64,000 bases of DNA. Source: Candidatus Nomurabacteria bacterium (GTDB lineage Bacteria > Patescibacteriota > Minisyncoccia > Phycocordibacterales > UBA2100). The position numbers and the translations under genes were made by a program. The DNA is taken from contig CALRFU010000002.1 of NCBI GenBank assembly GCA_943356775.1, positions 48,524 through 112,523 of the forward strand, written 5' to 3'. The notes under the pieces were generated by a model, which did no database searches, was not told where the DNA came from, and worked only from the letters and a program-made list of their open reading frames with translations. This document shows, piece by piece, positions 34,426 to 43,714 of the stretch (position 1 is its first letter; each line of letters starts with the position of its first letter).

Positions 34426-35775
34426 CTACTCGGAAGGGCTTAAGCTCCAGTCTTGAAAAGCGGTAGCGTTATTTGTCACGTTAAGCGTCTCGCCAGTTGC
34501 CGCATCGAATGTTTCGTAATTCTTCACGTTACCTTGGACAAATTCAACCACGCCAATACACTTACTCAAAGATGGGCTGTAAAACAATGCTTGCGATACT
34601 GATCCTCCGCTTTTTGAGTATTCCGTCGCTGCAGCAGTAACGACGGCAGCGTACCGCGCCTCACAGTCAGCATTTTGAGATACTGTCGCGGCAATACCTC
34701 CAGGGTTCACGTCACTTACATTCTTCTCGGTAGCCGCCGGACGCGGTGTATAGTTTTCGGGAGGCGGATCATATGCCGTGTTATTTTTTAGAGCCGAAAG
34801 GTATTCGGCAAACGTCGTACCCCGGTCATTAACACATTCCGTGGGTGATGCTGGCAGAGCGCGCCCATCAACGAGCCGATGATCCGCAGATGGTAGAGAG
34901 ATATAAAGATTGATGTTTGTGCGATTGGGCTCATATAATTTCCCATCGAAACCAATCACGGCAACTTGCTTGTCATTCAGAAGAGGAAATCCGGACTCGT
35001 CTATTTTCTCGGCCGGCTCTCCCGACGCGAGCGCGAAAAGACTTTCGCCGGACGTTCTGTATGTATATCCGTTGGAGCATGAGTATACTTGTCCTCCTCC
35101 TGGAAGATCGCCCGGTGCGTACGAAGCGGTTTCGTCGACGAGTGCGAGCCAACTGAGGGGGCCACTGCTGTTGTGCAATTCCCCAAATACGTCCTGTAAT
35201 TCGAAGCGATGATCAAGAATACACTTCGATGCGGTTATAAATTCTGATGGCGTGAGTCCTGATTTTGTGGATATTTGAAATCCTGGCTTATATGCACTGT
35301 CGCCAAATTCTTCTTGCTCGGCAGGCGGCATCACGACATCTGGGACTGCTACAGCAGCGACGATAGGATGCCCTGCGGGAAATGTTTGGTGTATCGCGTA
35401 AAACGGTTCGTCGATACCGTTATAAAGATCTTCCCATGACTTGAAGTCTCTACAATCTGTAAAATTTGCAACTGAAAAGACCTTCGATCCATTTTTATTA
35501 AGTTCGACTTGCGCATACACGCACGTACGAGATTCGATTTGTCCACCATATGTTTCGCTCATTGAGTTTCCGGTCGTGACATTCCAAGACAGGTTTTCTC
35601 CACATGAGAATGCAGCAGCCTTAGATTCTTCAGGTCTTGACCAAAAGTATGTGAGAAGTCCGACAGCAACGATGAGACCGACGATGACAAGTCCTGCAAG
35701 AGCATATTTTGACGTACCATGATCGGGTGCAACGATCGGCGCTGGTATCGTTTGCAGTTCGGAGGCAGGAGGCAT
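34426..35775 (-). CDS. hypothetical membrane-anchored extracytoplasmic protein
   Basis: 449 aa with one N-terminal TM, many N-x-S/T sequons and several Cys. No family recognised. Confidence 0.55.
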   Translation of the reverse strand: MPPASELQTIPAPIVAPDHGTSKYALAGLVIVGLIVAVGLLTYFWSRPEESKAAAFSCGENLSWNVTTGNSMSETYGGQIESRTCVYAQVELNKNGSKVFSVANFTDCRDFKSWEDLYNGIDEPFYAIHQTFPAGHPIVAAVAVPDVVMPPAEQEEFGDSAYKPGFQISTKSGLTPSEFITASKCILDHRFELQDVFGELHNSSGPLSWLALVDETASYAPGDLPGGGQVYSCSNGYTYRTSGESLFALASGEPAEKIDESGFPLLNDKQVAVIGFDGKLYEPNRTNINLYISLPSADHRLVDGRALPASPTECVNDRGTTFAEYLSALKNNTAYDPPPENYTPRPAATEKNVSDVNPGGIAATVSQNADCEARYAAVVTAAATEYSKSGGSVSQALFYSPSLSKCIGVVEFVQGNVKNYETFDAATGETLNVTNNATAFQDWSLSPSE

Positions 35776-35813
35776 AGTCGTTTAATTATACCAGCTTTAA
35801 ATTGCGAGTTGCC

Positions 35814-37580
35814 CTACCGAATCAAGTCTCTAATCCTCGCTCTGATTTTATCAAGCTGAAAATTGAATCTTTCCGCGGCAGGCTTTAGTTGCTCAAAATA
35901 GGCTCGATCCATTCCCTCACTAATCCGATTCATCCACCTCCCCATTTCATCAACGACCTGATTGTATATCGTGTCTTTTGTTGCGGCAGCTTTAAAATCA
36001 CCCGATGCCATTTCGGCAAGTGTATTTGAAATGTGCTCACTCTCAGATTTTGCGCTGTATATACTAAGCATGCCTGGTGGTGCTGACTCAAGTTTTTCCC
36101 ACCCCGTATATGTATATGGCGCATTATTGCCGTATAAAGTTGTTGACCAGTAGTCACTATTAACGCCCATAAAATTTGGATCTAAACTCATCGGATTTTT
36201 TCTTGTGTTATTTAAAAAATGCCCCACCTCGTGCACTCCGGTGAAAAATACATCGGCGTTTGACCTCTCCGGTGCTTCCGATATGTTCAATGTGTTCACA
36301 AAGTTGAAAGGAGATCCTAAGCTGCTGCTGTCGAGTGTAATTCCGAGATTATTTCCATTACTACCTAATAACGATATGTAAATATTCTGGGGTAACTTTT
36401 CGAAAACGGCGGAATTGAAAGTCTCTCGGAGACCCCGCGTCCACACATCTGCACGATCCGCCCAATCTTGCATTGGCAAGAGATTTGGAGTTGCGCCTGT
36501 CCCACCACCTTTTGCGTCAGCGACCCCCAAGCCTACCGCAGTTTGTATATCTGTTTGCGTAAAGCCAGTAAATGAACTGAGCGAGGGTGAAGGCACAAAA
36601 GTCATCCGATTGCCGGTGGTATCTCGAAGCTGCTGGTCATAGTTTGGTATATTATATGCTTCTGCACCCATAGATCTAAATTCTTGCAACCTATTGAGGG
36701 AAATGTCCTGTGCGATGCCTGATGTTTTCACAAGTCCATCTTGATTTTGCAGTAAGCGCAATTGTTCTTGAGCGTCAATCTGCGATGTTAGACTTTTTAG
36801 TTCAGGATTGTCCGCGATTCCTTTTGCCAATGACGAAAGGTCAACATTTCTCCCCAAGTATGCATCTTCGAGTGCCGCATATCTGGCGCGAGGATCGCCC
36901 TCGTTGATCCACTCGCGAAGTGATTCGATAGGAGTGTTTCTATCTACGGTCGTTTCCTGTCCATCTGCTCCTCGCAGAGTAATTGTTTTACCATCGAGAG
37001 TATCGTTGATTCGCAATATCTCGTTTCCTGTAAAGGCGTTATAGTAGCTATAGTCAAATTTCAAGAAATACCGTGTCTCGTCCAAATCCAGCGGACTTCC
37101 AGCTTTGCCACGAAGTTGGGCACGAACATCTTCGGTTGCATAATAATCGAGTTCTTTTCCATAGTTGCTGATAATATCTTGCCACTCTTTGCGACATGCG
37201 CCTCCCCCCATCTCGGGATTACAAGGTGCTTGCGATTTTTCGGAGATCGCTTTGCACGTACCTTCTTTATCGCAGATTCGCTCCACCTTACATGAGCCTT
37301 CTTTTGTGCAGTGCCCCTTGAGTGTATCGCCACTCGATTCTTTATCCGAACATTGCACCTTCGTAATATCTTCGAGTTTGCCGAGTTGATTCTTGCAAAA
37401 CTCGTTTGCGGATTTGCTTCCGGACGATGCCTGCGTTTCTGGTTCAGCCGCAGCACCAGCCGCAAATAAAGTATCTTTTTGTGGTTTGAAATCCATCAAG
37501 GCGATTGCAAACGAAATGAATACGACGAGAGCCGCGATTGTCAAAATCGGTAGAATCCCCCCCCCTGACTTCTCAACCAT
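35814..37580 (-). CDS. putative membrane-anchored zinc metallopeptidase (HExxH)
   Basis: 588 aa. N-terminal TM, Cys-rich region, and a single HEVGHF motif. A TATAAT box lies 10 nt upstream of the ATG, suggesting a leaderless mRNA. Confidence 0.55.
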   Translation of the reverse strand: MVEKSGGGILPILTIAALVVFISFAIALMDFKPQKDTLFAAGAAAEPETQASSGSKSANEFCKNQLGKLEDITKVQCSDKESSGDTLKGHCTKEGSCKVERICDKEGTCKAISEKSQAPCNPEMGGGACRKEWQDIISNYGKELDYYATEDVRAQLRGKAGSPLDLDETRYFLKFDYSYYNAFTGNEILRINDTLDGKTITLRGADGQETTVDRNTPIESLREWINEGDPRARYAALEDAYLGRNVDLSSLAKGIADNPELKSLTSQIDAQEQLRLLQNQDGLVKTSGIAQDISLNRLQEFRSMGAEAYNIPNYDQQLRDTTGNRMTFVPSPSLSSFTGFTQTDIQTAVGLGVADAKGGGTGATPNLLPMQDWADRADVWTRGLRETFNSAVFEKLPQNIYISLLGSNGNNLGITLDSSSLGSPFNFVNTLNISEAPERSNADVFFTGVHEVGHFLNNTRKNPMSLDPNFMGVNSDYWSTTLYGNNAPYTYTGWEKLESAPPGMLSIYSAKSESEHISNTLAEMASGDFKAAATKDTIYNQVVDEMGRWMNRISEGMDRAYFEQLKPAAERFNFQLDKIRARIRDLIR

Positions 37581-37712
37581 CGCGCATGATTATACACCCG
37601 CGAGAACATCCTTTCCCTACACCCATTGACAATTCACATAGATTCGATATTGTTCAAGATACAAATGGCCATCTAGGCCCCCGAGAAGCCCGCCGCAAGG
37701 CGGGTTTCGATT

Positions 37713-38114
37713 TTATGTTCTTGGGAAAAACTGTTGCACAAGGCGTATGATCTGTTTGAACTGCCCCTGCGGCAACTTATGCATATACCTTTGTAAACGC
37801 TTACTGCTTATGAGTCGCAATTGAGAGAGGATGACTGCCGAATTTGAATCGCCGACGGTGATTGGAACATAATAACGGTTCTCTTTACTGGAACGCGTGA
37901 GTGGCAAAACCCACAGGACGTCCCGATTGAATTTCTTTATGACTAGCATAGGGCGCTCGAAAAGCTCATTCGTACCATCCTGCTCGAATCCGATATTAAC
38001 ACCAAGCGAACACCACCAAATCTCACGCTCGTGAAAAAACACCTCGCCTTCTCGAGCATGGATTTTTTTCTTTTGTTCGTTCCACCGATCAAAATTCTTT
38101 GGTTGCATGCGCAC
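37713..38114 (-). CDS. PemK/MazF-family endoribonuclease toxin, solitary
   Basis: GFEQDGTNELFERPMLVIKK and SAVILSQLRLISSKRL align to the MazF/EndoA core (GSEQGGVRPVLVIQN, DSVILLEQIRTIDKQRL). The start overlaps or abuts the stop of the upstream serine hydrolase (TAGTG). No antitoxin-sized ORF lies on either side. Confidence 0.65.
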   Translation of the reverse strand: MRMQPKNFDRWNEQKKKIHAREGEVFFHEREIWWCSLGVNIGFEQDGTNELFERPMLVIKKFNRDVLWVLPLTRSSKENRYYVPITVGDSNSAVILSQLRLISSKRLQRYMHKLPQGQFKQIIRLVQQFFPRT

Positions 38115-39112
38115 TATTGTACCAGGAGAATATCTGCGATATCGGTGCGGAAGGTATTGATTGCGGAGTGAATTGAAGAAGCGTCAGGCGGGCGCTTGGG
38201 GTAGGTGCGATTTGAAAGAATGACAAACGCGATGCCGCGCTCGATGTCGCATACAACGGAGGTGCCCGTAAACCCGGTTTTGCCAAACACGCTCGCTCCA
38301 GCATGAGAACCTGCAAACCAAGGTTCAGCGCGCTGCCAACCGAGACCTCTTTGTGCCCCCTCGACAACACTGGGATATTTTCCTTGCAAAAGCGCTTCGA
38401 GAATATTCAAAATGTCGGGCGCATTCGAAAATAATCCTGCATGCCCCACGGCGCGTCCAGCTTTTGCGAATACACGCGCACTTTCGTCGTGCACGATGCC
38501 ACGCACTTCTCCGTAGACATCAACCTCCGTCGGGGAAATGTTCGACTTCGTAAGTCGAACATTTGGGAAGAAGGTGGTGTGCGACATCTTGAGTGGATCG
38601 AAAAAATATTTCTGTGCAAGCGCATCAAGCGACTCTCCTAGGGCGCGCTCGACAACGAGTCCAAGTAAAAACCCTGGAAGATTAGTGTATTCGGACTTCC
38701 CCGGCGGAGCATCGAACCCATGGGCAAAAATGTACGCTGATATTTCCTCAGGTTTTTTATCCTTTAGTGTCGACATTTGCACCCCGCGCACTCGATACAT
38801 AAGCAGGTCTTCAATCGTTGCCCCATGGTCGTTCTGTAATTCAGGTATGAACTTCTTAACTCCGTCCGAGAGTTCGAACTTCTCTTTATTCAGAAAATTC
38901 AATGCGAGTGATGCTGTGGGAATAGACTTGGTTACCGAAGCAAGATCATAGATTGTGTCCTCGCGAACAGCAGGCGCGTCCGTGTCATAGGTGAGATTGC
39001 CGAACGACCTAACCTCCCGTTCACCTGATTTTTTTACGACACCGACGACACACCCCGGAAATACTTTTTCCGCGATGGCTTTTTCCGCTCGAGCCTTGAC
39101 GTCGCTAGGCAT
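38114..39112 (-). CDS. serine hydrolase, beta-lactamase/PBP4*-like (class C fold)
   Basis: S-x-x-K motif ASVTKS. Start trimmed to MPSDVKARAEK (39112), which leaves a 6-nt gap to the upstream gene. Confidence 0.75.
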   Translation of the reverse strand: MPSDVKARAEKAIAEKVFPGCVVGVVKKSGEREVRSFGNLTYDTDAPAVREDTIYDLASVTKSIPTASLALNFLNKEKFELSDGVKKFIPELQNDHGATIEDLLMYRVRGVQMSTLKDKKPEEISAYIFAHGFDAPPGKSEYTNLPGFLLGLVVERALGESLDALAQKYFFDPLKMSHTTFFPNVRLTKSNISPTEVDVYGEVRGIVHDESARVFAKAGRAVGHAGLFSNAPDILNILEALLQGKYPSVVEGAQRGLGWQRAEPWFAGSHAGASVFGKTGFTGTSVVCDIERGIAFVILSNRTYPKRPPDASSIHSAINTFRTDIADILLVQ

Positions 39113-40178
39113 TTGGATAGGCCTCTTTAATTTCCTTCGCCAAGTACGGATTCCACATGGCGCCGGTTGCAGACATGACGACATCGGCGCCGGCATCGCG
39201 ATATTCTTTGAAGTCTGTGGGCACCGTAACGCCACCGCTTCCGATAATCGCGTATTTCATGCCGAATTCTTCGCGTAGCGACTTAAGGCGACGCACCATA
39301 TCGAGCCCCGCCCACTTGACCGCATGTCCGCAGATACCGCTCCTCACGCGATGAGCGCCAGGAAGCGCTTGCGTGCCGTCGGGGTTTATTACGGGTGCCG
39401 GGATGGTGTTGATAGCCGCAAAGCCATCCACTACGGTGCCGACTTCTTTTACTAATTCTCGAAGTGACGGCTCATCAAAATACGCAATCTTGATGACGAG
39501 GGGTGTATCACCTATTTTGTTTTTTATCCTTTCAGAAACGATTCTTACTTTTGGCACATCGAAACACAAGAGCTGGGCTGCGCCTTCGTTCGGACAACTA
39601 AAATTTGCCTCAACAACTTTCACGCCGGAATCCTTCAACATCTGCATACCGTTTGTCCAATCATTGATGTAATCTTCGGTCGTAAAATTCTCTTCCCATT
39701 TCGTACCTTCGAAACTGCACATCACAAGCTGTCCCGGTTTTGCGTACGCGATACACTCGCGCAGATCTTTTTGCCAGACCCCTGGCAAATACGAGGGATT
39801 TCCGAATGAATTCGTTATTGAGAGCGGCTCTTTGTATTCGTTGCGAACGACAATCGGATTGTTCGCTTTTTCGAGGGTAAGGTCGCCATCAATGTCGGCA
39901 CCAAGAACGTTGGGCCATTCGTTAGACTCACGTATGCGGCTGCGAACCGTTTTGTGCACGGGCACATCGAAACCTTTGTCGAGCGCAGCCTTCACGAATT
40001 TTGCATTGAGAAGTGGCCCAGCGGGAATCCCGAGAGGATATGAAAGCTTTGTCCCGAGGAAATCAAACCGGGGCTCTCCTTGCGGAAGGACAACTCCATC
40101 TGCAAATCCATTAAAAGGTCCTTCCTCCCAATTTTCGGAGTAGGTCTTATTGGGGTCGAAGAAGGGAGGCTGCAACAT
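39105..40178 (-). CDS. dihydroorotate dehydrogenase family protein (class 1-like TIM barrel with catalytic Cys)
   Basis: GIPAGPLLNAKF... and the class-1A-type NFSCPN motif. Start trimmed to MLQPPFF to avoid a 31-nt overlap with the HD-domain gene. The N-terminal extension is unusual. Confidence 0.7.
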   Translation of the reverse strand: MLQPPFFDPNKTYSENWEEGPFNGFADGVVLPQGEPRFDFLGTKLSYPLGIPAGPLLNAKFVKAALDKGFDVPVHKTVRSRIRESNEWPNVLGADIDGDLTLEKANNPIVVRNEYKEPLSITNSFGNPSYLPGVWQKDLRECIAYAKPGQLVMCSFEGTKWEENFTTEDYINDWTNGMQMLKDSGVKVVEANFSCPNEGAAQLLCFDVPKVRIVSERIKNKIGDTPLVIKIAYFDEPSLRELVKEVGTVVDGFAAINTIPAPVINPDGTQALPGAHRVRSGICGHAVKWAGLDMVRRLKSLREEFGMKYAIIGSGGVTVPTDFKEYRDAGADVVMSATGAMWNPYLAKEIKEAYPNA

Positions 40179-40198
40179 ACATTCAGGATACCATAATC

Positions 40199-40810
40199 TT
40201 ACTTCCCAGCGCTCGGTATCTTCTTCCACTTATTCGCATCCATATGCCATTGCGCCACATTTGCCTTTTGTAGTTCGTCCCAGAGTGCCTTTGCGGTCTT
40301 TGTATACAATTTCTTGTCACGCACGAATTTCCGCATCCCTTTCCATTTTGCCGGAAGTTTGTGGCCCTGCTCCTCAAACTCTTTGAGCTCAAGGTCGATG
40401 TCGAGATTGTCGGCATCCTTCACTATTTTCGCTTCTATCGTGTCGCGTTTTTCGTACCGCGTATGGATGTCTTCAAAATCCGTGAACGAAGTCCCTGCAA
40501 AAAGGTCACGTGCCGCGTTCGTGTCATTAGTCTTTGAATACACCTTGTGGACGTACGCGAGGTCCGCGGTGCGCGTCTCGGGAAGGTCGTGCGCAAGCGC
40601 CATCTTGATAATAGTGTCCTCATCAATCATATTCCTTTTTTTGCCCTCTTTGCGGGCAATAAGGAGCGCGAGGAAAATCACACGCATCGTGTGTTCTAAA
40701 TTGCTCGCGCATGGCACACCGAGGTGCTGTATCCACGCCCGCGGGATATTACGGAGCGATCCTATCTCAAAAAGAAATTCCAAATCGCGGCTTTTCATCA
40801 GCCGCAGCAT
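40199..40810 (-). CDS. HD-domain phosphohydrolase (YfbR-like 5'-deoxynucleotidase)
   Basis: H...HD...D metal-binding pattern (NLEHTMRV..., ALAHDLPETRTAD). Confidence 0.75.
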   Translation of the reverse strand: MLRLMKSRDLEFLFEIGSLRNIPRAWIQHLGVPCASNLEHTMRVIFLALLIARKEGKKRNMIDEDTIIKMALAHDLPETRTADLAYVHKVYSKTNDTNAARDLFAGTSFTDFEDIHTRYEKRDTIEAKIVKDADNLDIDLELKEFEEQGHKLPAKWKGMRKFVRDKKLYTKTAKALWDELQKANVAQWHMDANKWKKIPSAGK

Positions 40811-40865
40811 ATCAAAGCGAGTGCATCTCCGCTACGGACAACCCTACGTACGTCCTCTATCTGCC

Positions 40866-41282
40866 TTAAGAGGTCATCTTGCGCACCACCTTCTTTGCTT
40901 TCTTCACCGCTCCTTTAGCTTGCTTCACGACTGATGCGCCGGTCGTATTCAACTCCTTGGCTATCTTCTGCCAGTTTTTCTTGAGTTCTTTGGCGGCACG
41001 CTCTATCTCGCTACGATTAAGATCTCGGGCGCCCTTAAGTGCGCGCGTAGACTGCTCAACGATAGCGGCAACGGCGGCACGGTCCACATTTTTGAGCGCC
41101 TTTGCGCGCTTAACCACATCTTTCTTCAATTCCCCCGCCCATTTGGCCGCTATCTGGCGATTCTCTTTTGCATCTTTACTTGCATAAAAGTAGTACCCTG
41201 CGGCGGCCAAGGCGGCTGCCGCAACCACTCCCGCCCCCACCTTTCCAACCTTGCCCGAATTTCCCTTCTTTGCAGTAACCAT
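40866..41282 (-). CDS. hypothetical Lys/Ala-rich protein with N-terminal TM
   Basis: 138 aa, helical low-complexity K/A-rich sequence. Confidence 0.5.
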   Translation of the reverse strand: MVTAKKGNSGKVGKVGAGVVAAAALAAAGYYFYASKDAKENRQIAAKWAGELKKDVVKRAKALKNVDRAAVAAIVEQSTRALKGARDLNRSEIERAAKELKKNWQKIAKELNTTGASVVKQAKGAVKKAKKVVRKMTS

Positions 41283-41320
41283 ATATTTTTCGTGAACGTA
41301 TAAAGTGTCCCTATTCTACC

Positions 41321-41599
41321 CTACTCCTTCCTCTTCTTTCCCCAGAACCGGGCAACCCTGCTCGAAAAGAGGCCCGCCAAGTGGGAAAATTTAAACCCTT
41401 CGCTCTTAATGCGAGCCCGCATCTCGGCGACATCATTACGCAGGAGAGCACTTTCTTCAGAGAGCTCCCGCGATATATCTTCCACATATCCTAAAACACG
41501 CCAGACGCGAAACAGGATAAGCATAACGACACTACCGAGCATAACAACCGCAAGTGTGGTTACGATGAAGAAGATGTCCATTTTTATAAAATCATTCAT
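41321..41599 (-). CDS. hypothetical small membrane protein
   Basis: 92 aa with one TM and a charged C-terminal helix. Confidence 0.45.
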   Translation of the reverse strand: MNDFIKMDIFFIVTTLAVVMLGSVVMLILFRVWRVLGYVEDISRELSEESALLRNDVAEMRARIKSEGFKFSHLAGLFSSRVARFWGKKRKE

Positions 41600-41650
41600 A
41601 GGCGTGAGGCTTGCAGGCGCATTGTACTCGAAAAAACCGGGTGCGCATCC

Positions 41651-41821
41651 CTACTTCATTTTAACGCCTTTGAATGCCCGACCCTTTTTCGCCAGTTGGT
41701 CCATAAAACGACCGGTTTTTGAATCTACTTTGGTCCAGCGTTTATTGCGCCCACTCAACACCTGAGAACGCTTTTTTACCTCTCCTTTGCGGCCATGACC
41801 CTTGGGACCATTCTTTGCCAT
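41651..41821 (-). CDS. small basic protein (56 aa), not in the ORF track
   Basis: Hand translation: MAKNGPKGHGRKGEVKKRSQVLSGRNKRWTKVDSKTGRFMDQLAKKGRAFKGVKMK, with start at 41821 and stop at 41651-41653. pI is very high. Identity unknown. Confidence 0.3.
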   Translation of the reverse strand: MAKNGPKGHGRKGEVKKRSQVLSGRNKRWTKVDSKTGRFMDQLAKKGRAFKGVKMK

Positions 41822-41980
41822 ACGTCAATTGTACAATGAACGAAAGAAAAGCAACTGATTATCCCCCTGCTTGCCACGCGGCTATGGACGGGAGTAGCGT
41901 ATAAGCGCCTGTACAGATATAAGCCCAACCATGATGAGGAGATACTTCCGTGAAAGCCATTGGTGCATATCAGAATAGTA

Positions 41981-42514
41981 TCAAGAAAAAGTGACGAGTG
42001 TGTTGCGTAGTTCTTTGCGAACCATTTTATGGTCTGGAATTGTCTTTGCGACAAGAGCCCAAAATCTGCTCGAGTGATTCATTTCGGCGAGATGGCAGAG
42101 TTCGTGGATGATAATGTAATCCGCGATGTGCGTTGGAAGTGTTGCGATTTTGTAATTGAAACTCAGATTCCCCGCACGCGAACAACTTCCCCAACGAGAT
42201 TTCTGCGCACGGACGCTTATTTTGTTGTATGTGAATCCATAGTGATTCGCAAAATGTGTGCAACGCGCGCTCGCGAGTGTGAGCGCCTGCTTTTTTAGGA
42301 TAAGTATCTCGCCCTTCTTAATCGGTATCACTTTCCGTCCGGCGGTTTTTGCGACTTTACGACGAATCCAACCGGAATGTTTCGTTATGAACTGCTCGAT
42401 AAGCCGTGCGCCAAAAGATGCCGGAGCCGTCACAACCACCCGTGCATCTGGATACACTACGAGCCGCATCGTCCGCGCCCGTGCACTTCGTTTGAGCAGA
42501 TATGAAATAGCCAT
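41981..42514 (-). CDS. YgjP-like metal-dependent hydrolase (M48/WLM-like, HExxH)
   Basis: HELCHLAEMNHS motif typical of the DUF45/YgjP family. Confidence 0.7.
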   Translation of the reverse strand: MAISYLLKRSARARTMRLVVYPDARVVVTAPASFGARLIEQFITKHSGWIRRKVAKTAGRKVIPIKKGEILILKKQALTLASARCTHFANHYGFTYNKISVRAQKSRWGSCSRAGNLSFNYKIATLPTHIADYIIIHELCHLAEMNHSSRFWALVAKTIPDHKMVRKELRNTLVTFS

Positions 42515-42517
42515 GAT

Positions 42518-43471
42518 TTAAAAGGGGCTTGACGCACACCGAGCGTCCAGAGCGGCTACATCGTCCTTTGTAAGCGATAGACCGTTGCCCTGATTACGTT
42601 TGTACATGATTGCTTCTTCATCGGCCACATGCCCCAGACCGAGTGCGTGCCCGAACTCGTGTGCGAGCACACGCACAAGCTCAGTCCGGTTCGAGTACTC
42701 ATAAATATCGATGCGCTGGGAGCCTGCTTCGCTCACATATTCACCCTCTTCAAATTCCCCTCCCGTGGAGGCACCCGCCTGATTATATTTTTCCACGCTG
42801 AGGTTGAGTTCCCCGATAAGCTTATTGAGCGACGTTCCTATCGCGTTCAGCGTTTCGATGTCGGCATTCAATGTGCTCTCCGTCGATGCGATCCTCTGTG
42901 CATCCGTGCCAAGCGCGGCTTTTTCCGCCTGCAAGCGGTCATATTCGACCGGTGATGCTCCTCCCTGCCGGTTCCATTTCGCGACTTCAGCATTGTACGT
43001 TTTCTGCCTTGATTCGTACGCGACAACGCTTGCGTCGAGCCTCACTTCTTCTGAAGCGATACGGACGGAACGACTGTCATGCTGCGCCTTCAGGGCATCG
43101 AAAGAGGCCTTGCTCTTGTCTATCTGTATGCCGGAAGACGCCATTTTATCAGTTGCTTGTTGGCGGTAGTCGTAGACGAAGTTGACGAGGACATCACCGT
43201 TCTCACTTTTATAGTCGAAAAGATTCTTACCCGAAGACTTCTCCCAAATTGCTTCAGCCTCTTTGAGGTCTGCAACGAGAACTGCTTTTGATATGCCGAA
43301 GCGTGCGTCAACAGAGCCGAGCGAATAGGTGATGGCCCGCTGACAAGGTAAAAATTTTGCCTCTATCTGCCGTATTATCCGTATCGCCAAGTCACGATGT
43401 GTGAGAGTAGCGTAGCCCGCTCCCCCTATTACCGCGATCAGAATAAGTACATTGATTACACGCCTCATCAT
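42518..43471 (-). CDS. membrane-anchored metzincin-type zinc protease (matrixin-like) with a central coiled coil
   Basis: C-terminal HEFGHALGLGH (HExxHxxGxxH), an N-terminal TM, and about 120 aa of coiled-coil-like sequence between them. Confidence 0.65.
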   Translation of the reverse strand: MMRRVINVLILIAVIGGAGYATLTHRDLAIRIIRQIEAKFLPCQRAITYSLGSVDARFGISKAVLVADLKEAEAIWEKSSGKNLFDYKSENGDVLVNFVYDYRQQATDKMASSGIQIDKSKASFDALKAQHDSRSVRIASEEVRLDASVVAYESRQKTYNAEVAKWNRQGGASPVEYDRLQAEKAALGTDAQRIASTESTLNADIETLNAIGTSLNKLIGELNLSVEKYNQAGASTGGEFEEGEYVSEAGSQRIDIYEYSNRTELVRVLAHEFGHALGLGHVADEEAIMYKRNQGNGLSLTKDDVAALDARCASSPF

Positions 43472-43477
43472 CTTTTT

Positions 43478-43714
43478 CTAGCGCATGAGCGTTCCTCCCG
43501 TCTCAAACGCGGAACGAATCCAGGAAATCTTTGCAAACCACGGCCCGAGCACGCCGAGCGCAACAGTCGCAAGGATAGCGGAACCGACAAAGAATCCGAT
43601 TCCGTAAATAATCCCGACCACAAACATACGGCCCAGTGAATTTTGCCGGGCCACCTGCCTGTTGAGCAAATCCAGGTGTTGAATTATTTTTTCGTGCTGG
43701 TCTTCGATTGCCAT
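43478..43714 (-). CDS. small hypothetical membrane protein
   Basis: 78 aa with one or two TM helices. Confidence 0.4.
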   Translation of the reverse strand: MAIEDQHEKIIQHLDLLNRQVARQNSLGRMFVVGIIYGIGFFVGSAILATVALGVLGPWFAKISWIRSAFETGGTLMR

